DNA of 20,000 nt, taken from the IMG/VR virus record IMGVR_UViG_3300034815_000029; one strand, given 5' to 3'. The stretch comes from an uncultured virus (IMG/VR IMGVR_UViG_3300034815_000029). Lineage: Duplodnaviria; Heunggongvirae; Uroviricota; Caudoviricetes. Positions 1-9,000 of the stretch are shown here, piece by piece. Under the pieces are notes generated by a model. It saw only the letters and a list, made by a program, of their open reading frames with translations, was not told where the DNA came from and searched no databases. The position numbers were made by a program, and so were the translations under genes. Position 1 is the stretch's first letter; every line of letters starts with the position of its first letter.

Positions 1-20
1 ATCACCCGGACGAACTGCAT
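1..20 (-). CDS. Possible 5' end of a fourth nested +1-frame ORF (MQFVRV...) inside the giant gene
   Basis: The minus strand reads TATAGT-AGAGG-cgaca-ATG CAG TTC GTC CGG GTG, in the same +1 frame as the other nested ORFs. Only 6 codons are visible. Confidence 0.3.
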
Positions 21-3000
21 TGTCGCCTCTACTATACAGCGCCGTGCCTTGGTCGGTTTCCTTGGCTACGTTGCTGCCAGAATACTCACGCAGCGCATCG
101 CCGTAACCCATCTTCACCAGCTTGGCCTTTTGCGCCTCGATGCCGGCCGCCACGGCCGCCTTCTGTTCATCCGGTACGGCGGGGCCTTTCGCCATCAGTG
201 CGCGCTGGACCTTCTTGTGTTCCTCCCGTGCGTGTTCCAGATCAGCCGACTGCGCAAACGGTTGCTTGGATTGCTCGACCATCGCTGCCGCGTCCTGCTT
301 CGACTTCTCGATCTTGGCTTTGGAATCCTCCAGCGCAGCCGGCAGGCGGCCGGCATAGTTCACCAGTCGCTGAACGAATCCGCTGGCAGAGAACAATTCA
401 GAGCCCGACCAGGTGCCGACACCACCGGTGGGGGAATCCAGAACCATGATATTAGCGTGCGGAGCGGACAGCCTGAACGATATGCCGCGGTAAACAATCG
501 TCGCCGACTCGCGCAGCCCGGAGCGAACCAGCCCTGCAACACTTTCAATCTCCTTGATGGCCTTCTCTTTGTCGGCAAACTTCGAGGTGTTGACAGTGAT
601 TGGCGAGTAGCCATCCTTGTTCAGCGGGTGCTTCTTGATCTCGTCCAGCAGCTCCTGTAGCTCTGCCACATTCTTTGGACCGTAGGTATCGGCGTACTCC
701 TGCGCTGCCTTGGCCTTGCGTGCCATCGCCACCACTTCATCGGCGTGTCCGGCCTGCAATTGCTCCAGCCGGCGTACATCGTTGCGCAGTTTGGTTTCGT
801 CCAGGATCAGCGGGTCGCCGGAAGCGGCTGCCTTCATGTCGGCTGAATTGGCGGCCTCGCCCTCGATGTCGTCGATCTCGTTGATGGTGCCGTCGAAATT
901 GCGCAGTTGCTCGATGCCGCGAGCCTTGTGCTCCAGGATCTGCCAGCGCCGGGTGTCATAGGTCTGTTCGGTGGCATAGCGGCCGATGTAAATCTCGAAG
1001 CTGTCCGGGTTGCCGGCTTTGGCGGCGCGCTCGTAGAGCTTGTTGCCGCGGCGGATAATCCGCCCCTCGCGCTGCTCCAGATCAGACGGACGCCATGGCG
1101 CATCGATATGATGCAGGCCGACCAGCCGTTCCTGTACGTTGGTGCCGGCGCCCATCTTCGGGGTGGAGCCCAGCAGGAAGCGAATCGCGCCTTTGTTCAC
1201 CGCCTTGAACAGTTTGTCCTTGGCGGCCGGTGTTGAGTAGTCATGAATGAAAGCGATTTCGCGTTCCGGTATCCCCTGCTTAATCAGCTTGGCCTTGATG
1301 TCATCGTACACGGAAAACCTGGAAGAACCGGACATCCCGGCCACATCCTCGCGGCTGAAGAACTCGAAGCCTTCGGTTTCCACCTCGTTTTCATTGTTGT
1401 ACTCGTCGATCTGCTCCTGGCTGATTTCGCCAAGCCGCTCGCGGTTTTCTATCCAGGTCTGGCGCTGGTCGGTGTTGGCCAGGATTTCATTGGCTCGGTC
1501 GCGCGCCTCCTGCTTGGTGCGCATGTCGCCGAACAGCTTGCCGCCTGATACCGCATCGTAGGCATCGAAGCGCTTGGTATCCTTCTCGCCGCGCTGAACC
1601 ACGAAGTAAGGCAGATCCTCATGCCCTTCCAGGGTGTGCAGGGTGCCGCGCTTCATTTCCAGCGCCTGATACTCGTCGCGCACATACAGCCGGCGCGCAG
1701 ATGCGCCGAAGGTGGCACGGGCTGACAGGGGAATCGACATGTCACAGAACACCAGTTGCGCGCCCTTGTCGGCGTCCCACTGGTGATAGACCTTGACCAT
1801 TTTATCCACGGCCAGGTTGATCTTGCTGCCGGCGAAGTCTGGCGCGGACGGGTCAATCAGGCGATAATCCAGTCCCAGTTTGTTGGCTTCGCCCGTCAGT
1901 GACAGCGCATTGACCTTGCCCTTGGTGGCACGGGTCAGTTCGCGCAGTCTACCGAAGCGACCGAGGATAGATTCGGGGTCCACCGTCACCACCGGCGACA
2001 AGGCGCGCTCGACGATCTTCAGGCGCGCATCTTCTTCGGTGTCGAACTGGCCAATGTCGGTCAGGTATTCAATTCCTTCGCCGTTGATCTGCGTGGCCTT
2101 GGCGTGCCACTTGCCGGTATCCTTGACCTGCTCGATCTCCGGCAGCGCATTCGAGTTCAATGACAGGTCGAACTTGATGGCGCCGCTCTCGTCCTCTTCC
2201 GCGCGCGGTATGCCCATCCGTTCCGCCACCATCGGCGAACGCTTGGCCACGACGATCTCCGGCCGGCCGCCAACCAGTTTCGGCACCGGGAAACGCTTGC
2301 CCTGCGCTTCTTCCTGCGCCTTCAAGTCGTCCAGCGTCACGGTGTCGGCGAAGGTGTTATACATGTTCATCAAGCCGGTCAGGTTGGTGAACTTGGCGAA
2401 GCGGGTAGACTGGCGATAGCCGCTGCCTGACGGCGAGACTTCGTAGACGTTTTCCACGCTGCCGAACTGCTTGGCCCAGGCGTCGAACACATGCAAGCCC
2501 TCTTTCTTCATGGTCGGGTACTGCATGTAACGCTGCATGTTATACATCTCGACCAGCGAGTTGGATACCGGCGTGCCAGTGGCCGAGATAAACGGCGTCT
2601 TGTCGCCGAAGGTGTCGAACAGCCAGCGCGTCTTGACGAACAGGTCGAAGGCTTTGGCTGATCCGGCCGGGTTGCCCATGCCGGGGTTGCGGTCCATCGT
2701 CGAATGGTAGGTAAGGTTCTTGAATTCGTGCATTTCGTCGATGAACATGGCGTCTACGCCAAGCTCGTCGAACGTCACCATCTTGTCACGCTGCCCGATG
2801 TTGGCCAGCTTCTCCTTCATCTTGGCCTCCAGGTTCTTCCTGATCTTCTCCATGTCGCCGATGATGTTCCTGTCACCGCGGCCGCGCTTCATTTCCTCGA
2901 TGGCCTCGGTGATCTCGTCAAGTTGCTCCTGCAATACTGCGCGCTCGGTGGCTTCAGGCAGGCCGATTTTCTTCAGAGAGGAATGGCCGATCACTACGGC

Positions 3001-6000
3001 GTCCCAATCCCCGGTGATGATCTTGGCGAACATGCGCTCGCGGTTGCCCTTGCCGAAGTCCTCCGGCGTTGCCGCCAGGATATTCGAGCCGGGATACAGC
3101 CGGGTGAATTCGCTGCGCCATTGCAGGGTGAGGTGATTCGGCACCGCAAACAGCGGCTTGCGCGCAATCCCCATGCGGCGCATTTCCATCGCCAGTGCAG
3201 CCATTTCAAAGGTTTTGCCAGCCCCGACCACATGGTCATAGAGCACCTGGTAGGATTGCAGCCCACGCCACACCCCGTTTTTCTGGTGCTCCAGCAGGGT
3301 GATGGCCGGGTTCATGCCGGGGAAAGTCATGTGTCCGCCGTCGAACTTGCGCTCCACGATACGGTTCATCTTGTCGTTGAAGATCGAGGCCACACGGTCG
3401 GCGCGTGCCGGTTCGCTCCATAGCCATTTCTGCCATTCGGCCTTGATCGCATTCTGCTTCTCGCGCGCAGCCTCAGTTTCCTTCTCCAGCAGGGTCGTCG
3501 TCGTTGAGCCGTCGCCGTTCTTGATGATCTTCTTGACCACGGCGCCGCGGCCCAACATGCTCAGACTGAACAGTTCCTGCGCGCTCAGGTGCGAGGTGCC
3601 GAACTTGCCGGTATTCAGCGCCGCATCCGCGCCGCCATGATAGGAAATCAGCCATTGCCCGGTTGCCTTGACGTAGGAGGCCGTCGCTGTGCCGCCAGAT
3701 ATCTGCTGGATGAACTGCTCGTAAATCTCGGCTGGGACGAAGGCCGCCCCGATAGCTGCCGAAATTTCGCTGGGTTTCTTGTCTGCGGGTATGACCGGTT
3801 CCAGCGCCTCGACGTTGCGCTTGTACTTGGGATTGTCCAGGGCGGCCGCCTTGGCCTCGACCAGCTTGGTCTTGACATCGCCGGACAGGTATTCATCGGC
3901 GGTCACGATGCCGGATTGCGGGTCGTCAAACACCACGTCGCCCAGCTCTTCGATAATCTCGTCGGCTGTCTTGTGGTAAACCTCAGTCATGTAATCACGG
4001 TCCACCTTGCCGCGGTAGTTGAGCGAGGCCAGCAGCGCATCCTTGGCCGTGGTCACGGTGATGAAGTCCTGCGGCGGGAAGGCGACGCGCTGCCTGAAGA
4101 TATCCGCCTTGGTGGCGCTGGGCTCACGCAGCTCCAGATCTTCCTTGTCGGCAACGGCCTTGCTGATGCCCTTGTCGAAATCGAATTCCAGTCCTTGCAT
4201 CAACGGCGCTTCGGTATCATCGAAGAACAGTTTGCGGTTGACCTGGCTGTTGACATGGCCGAACTGCTTGAGGAAAGTGTCGTACTGGTTGTTGAGGCGC
4301 TTGCGGTTCAGCTCGATTTCGTCCGCCGTCGCATCAACCGATCGCTCCAGGCGCATCTGCTTGCGCATCGAATCACGCAGCCCGATCATGCCAGCCATGC
4401 GGTCCGTCGCCTTGCCATTGGGCGGGGTCCATGGGGTTGCGGTCTTGTTGCCCATCACATCCTCGCCGCGCTGCATGATCTTGCCGCTGGCATCCATATA
4501 GTAGGAGCCCGGCTTGATCCCGTCGGGGATCGCCATATCGACGATGGCCTTGTCGGATTTGCGGTCGATGGTCTTGAAGATATCCTTCGGCAGCGTTTTT
4601 ACCCATGCGTCGAGCTGGTCCTTCAGCTTGCCGCTGGCTTCGACGGTGTACTCATTGGCCGAATACATCGAACCAGCAGCAGATACCGTGCCAAGGATAT
4701 TGTCAGGGTAGGCAATCAGGAACTTGTTGACCTTGTGGGTCACGGCCTCGCCGGTCTTGGGGTTGTGGTTGACCTGGTCCGCCACATCCACCCAATGCGC
4801 CGCGCCGCTAGCAGGCTCTCCGCTGTGTTTCTTCTGGAAGATCACGATGTCGGTCACAACCTCGGTGCCGGCGTTTTCCTTGAAGGCGGTATTCGGCAGG
4901 CGTGCCACCCCGATCAGGTTGGCGCGCTCGGCGATCCACTTGCGCGCGCGGTTATCCTGCGCGTCGAGGAAGTTGTGCGATACCACGACCTGCATAATTC
5001 CACCGGGACGCAGCTTGTCGATGGCCTTGGCGAGAAAGTAGTTATGGATTGAGAAACCGGAATACTGGCTGCGGTCACTGTCCACGATAGGCGAGCTGCC
5101 GAAAGGCGGATTTCCGACCACGACATCGAAGTATTCAGCCGGGATATGGAAGTCCTCAAATCCGCTATGGGAGATTTTGGCTTTCGGGTACAGCGCCGTG
5201 ACTAGCCGGCTGGTCAGAGAATCCAGTTCGACGCCGTGCAGGTTGGACGCATTGCGCAGCGCGGCCGGCATCAGGCCGAAGAAGTTGCCCACACCGACGG
5301 AGGGCTCCAGGACGCGGCCGCCAGCAAACCCCATGCGCTCAAGGCTGGAATACATCGCCTTGACCACATCCGGGCTGGTGTAGTGCGCGTCCAGGGTGGA
5401 AGCGCGAGCTGCTTTGAATTCAGCGTCGGTCAGCAGTCCTTTAAGTTCTTCGTGCTGCTTGGCCCACTGCTTGTTGGCAGGATCGAAAGCGCCCTTGAGT
5501 GCGCCCCATCCGGCATATTTGGCGATCAGCTTACGTTCTTCTGGAGTGGCGACGCGGCTTTCTGCCTCCATCGCTTTGATGATCTTGATCGCGGCAATGT
5601 TGTCCCGGTACTTCTTGGTCAGTCCGCCCTTGCCGATTTCCTCGGCATCAATTACGAAGTCGTCGGTGGGCTCAGACTCAGGCCGTACTCCTGAATGATC
5701 TCGTGGCGCGCCAGGTGATTGTTCCCCGGATTGCTCAATACTTCCCGCTCCTGTTCCTCCTGGCTTTGCAGGGCTTCCAGATACTGCCCCGCTTCCACCA
5801 GCGCCTTCACGTCCTCCGGCCAGCCCAGCGCCCAGCGGTTGGCTATCTCGACTGCCAGTTGCGGCATCCGCTTGAGTTTCGCTTGCAGATCCTGCGGGTA
5901 CTGACTCGGTTTGTATAGGGTTTGCATGGTCGTCACCATTGGTTGGTCCTGATTTGAGTGTAGCAGAATCAACGTGTTCTGCAATGTTTGCTGCATCCCA

Positions 6001-9000
6001 TCCGCGATACCAGTCTTTTGGATTCTTACCAGATGGCGTAGTGAAGTAGGACGGAAGCACGCGGGGCTTGCCGGCTTTGAAGTCAGCTTTTCCGGCTGCG
6101 TAGTGGGTGCCTTCGTTCGTGGCTGCTGGCTTTTGACCATCCTGCGCCAGTTCCTCGACCGTCTTGTACTCATCCTTGCGGTTGCGGATTTCAATGCCGC
6201 CGCCAGGGATGATACCGACTGACTCACTCACCCTGAATCCGCTGTCCGTGTAGAAGCGCACACCGCGCGCGTCCTGATAGATTGCCTTGCCATCCGTGTT
6301 GCGACCGACGAAGGTATCCTTGTCCGGTTCATTCGCTGTTTGCGAACCGCGAACCTCTGGCCGGACCACATGCCGCATCCGGATGAACCAGCCGCCGTCT
6401 TTCTTGAACGTGCCGGTAGGGTCCAGCGTGCGCGCCTGCTTCTCGGTCAAGGTCTTGGCAATCACGCCTTTAATAGTCTTGCCGGCGCCGCCTTTGGTCA
6501 CATGCTCGACTTCTGGCAGATTGGTTTCCAGCTTGTCGCCGACGATCTTCTCGATGTTCCCGAAGTTGGTTTCGGTAACATCCGTCTTGGATGGCGTTGT
6601 ATCTTTAGTGAAATCATCAACCGGATTGGCCGCGGAATTAGCGCCATGCCAACCTGCGCTCCACTCATCCGCAGATTTTATTGTTTCACTTGCGCTTTTG
6701 CCTTTGATATAGGCGTCAATGTAATCCTTGTCCATGGCGGGTGAGGATAGCTTGCCAGCCTTGAATGCGGCGGCCCCCATTTCTCTGGCGGATAGCTTGG
6801 GTTTATCCTCTGCCTTTGGCTCCGGATTGATGGTTTTCGCGTAGGCGATAGCCGCCTCTTCCGTAGGGAATATCTTGGCCTCCAGCGTGAACTCGCCAGA
6901 ATCCGTGTCCTTCTGGACCACATTGAACCGGCCATTCGTGCCGGTGACAACGTGAGACTCCATGCCGGTATCTTCATTGCGGAAGATATGGAGCGGCCCG
7001 GCAGGTTTATCTGCTTGCAGACTATCAACATCGACCGACTCGACCGAAGCAGCACTATCCATTTCACTTGAGAAGGCGGCAGCGCGTGGATCGAATTTAA
7101 CCCCCAAAAACCAGCTTTTCAGGTAAGGCTTCACCGCGTCGCCCAAATCCTCGATCATCGCCTTGGCGTAGGCCGTGAAGGTGCGTGCGCCTTTTTCTAT
7201 ATGATACCCGGCCAAAGTAATCCCGGCCTGCATGACTTCCGGGTCCAGCCCGGTGTTGACCTGTCCGAGTTTCTTCTTCAGCAATGCGCGCGCAGCGGCG
7301 GCGGCATCTTCGGTGAATATGGTATTGGTAGATGGCTTGCTAGATTGCTGGCTTGCTGGCTCATTGCGTAGATCAAACCCGCCCTGGGTGTTGAACATGT
7401 CCACTTGATCTGACGTAACGCTCGGACCGGTCGCCTTGTTGGCTTCGCGCTCGGCCTTGTCTGCGGCGGCTTTGGCTTTTCTTTCTGCTGCGGCTACCTG
7501 GCTTTCGGTTTGTCCTTCGAGGCTGAACTCTTGTGATGGGCTATCGACTCCTGCGCTTTCTCCAGGTGCTTCGCCCGGATGATCTTCTCCGCGACTTTCC
7601 GCGCCGCGGGTGTCAGCTTCGCCATGTCCGCCTTCAGTTCCTGTAGCCGTTCCTTCATCGGTGCTTTCATTGAAATCTCCAAAAATTGCCGCTTCTTCTT
7701 CCTCGATGGTCTTGAATTGCTTGCTGGTAATCTTGTTCGCCGTCCGGATGTCCATGAACGGGATGTCGTCCAGCATGTCCTCGTCGGCTGCGACCACTTC
7801 CGATACCGCGGACTGGTCCGCTTCGGTCAGGTCGTCGTAGCCATGGCGCACGCCTTCATGCTCCTGCTCCGGCTCTTCGCCGCGCTGGTGCTGTGCATAC
7901 TTGCTGCCCTGATCCTTGTCATTATAGAGCTTGTCGAGCATGTCATTCATGTCGTGCTCATCCAGGTAGCCATGCTCATGCAGGGCGCCGGCCATGTCAT
8001 CGGGCTTCTTGCCGTTCTTATTGAACAGGAACACCGGCAATCCGCTGCCGACCTGGATCTTCATGTTGCCCGTCACGCCCAGCAGGGTGCGGATATCGTT
8101 GGCTTCCACGCTGTCGGTATGGAATCCGCCCAGCTTGCCGATGGCGGTAATCAGGCTGTCGCGGGTATTATCCACGATGCGCTTGGCCTTGACCTTGGGC
8201 TTGGGCTCTTCCTTCTCGACGCCGAACACCTTGACGCCGCGGCCGATTGCGCCGGCTGCCTTCAGGGCATCGCGGATCTGCGCATTGCTCGCTCCCGGCT
8301 TGACAGTGATGTCCTCGCCAGTCTCGAAATGCTGCGCCGGATACTTTCCGATGAAGATCGCGCCGTCCTTGACGGTGATCGGCTCGGCATTGTTCGGCAT
8401 GGTGCCGATAGACAAGACCTTGGGACCGGCTGGCACTTCGGCAACCGGTGCGGCTGCTTTCGGCGCTGGCGCTTTGGGCAGGTATTGACCTCCGGGCAAA
8501 GGTGCGGCAGGCGTTACTGTGTCATCCCGCACTCCATTTCCAACAGGTCCACCCGCTCCAGCGCTTCCAGCATCCGGTCCGGCAATTCCAGGTCGTCCAG
8601 TTCCGTCAGCGACAGGAATTCCATTGCCATCCACAGGAACGACATTTCCGCCAGTTCCTCCGGCGATATCGCTGCCTGCTGGTAGGCTTCCAGCATCCAG
8701 TCCTCCGTCTCCAGGTTCAGCAGTTGCGCCATTTTGTTCCCCTTGGTAAGCGAGCCCTTGAACATCGGATAGCAGCGCGTCGTCTGCGGTTGTAACGGGC
8801 GCCGCTTGAGGCAATACGCCCGACCGTGCAGCCAGGTTCGCCGCTCGGGTAAGGATGCCGCGCTCCGGCACGATCTGGCCGGCGGGGACTTGCGGCGGGT
8901 TTGGTGACATCGAGGCGATCACACCGGCATCGATGCCGCGCTTGGCAAAATTGGTGTTCCCGACTTCCTGATCGATAGCTTCGCCTATCTGCGCTCCCGC

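Noticed and set aside
1330..1725. Intein as explanation for the helicase insertion
   Set aside because: No Hint-like N-terminal block, no His-Asn C-terminal splice motif and no LAGLIDADG motif were seen.
5940..6227. N-terminal extension of the 191-aa track ORF 5652-6227
   Set aside because: The host frame is the protein-like one there. The SD and promoter-like signals point to ATG 5939/5927 as the start.
6678..7067. 129-aa minus-strand ORF in the same +1 frame as the nested genes
   Set aside because: It overlaps globular-looking host modules, its Arg/Ser/Pro-rich translation is typical of off-frame reading, and there is no convincing SD.
49..8685. Long plus-strand ORFs (e.g. 49-660, 2704-3423, 3589-5052, 7579-8685)
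   Set aside because: They are in register with the codons of the giant minus-strand gene and have no recognisable motifs. They are antisense shadows caused by codon bias.
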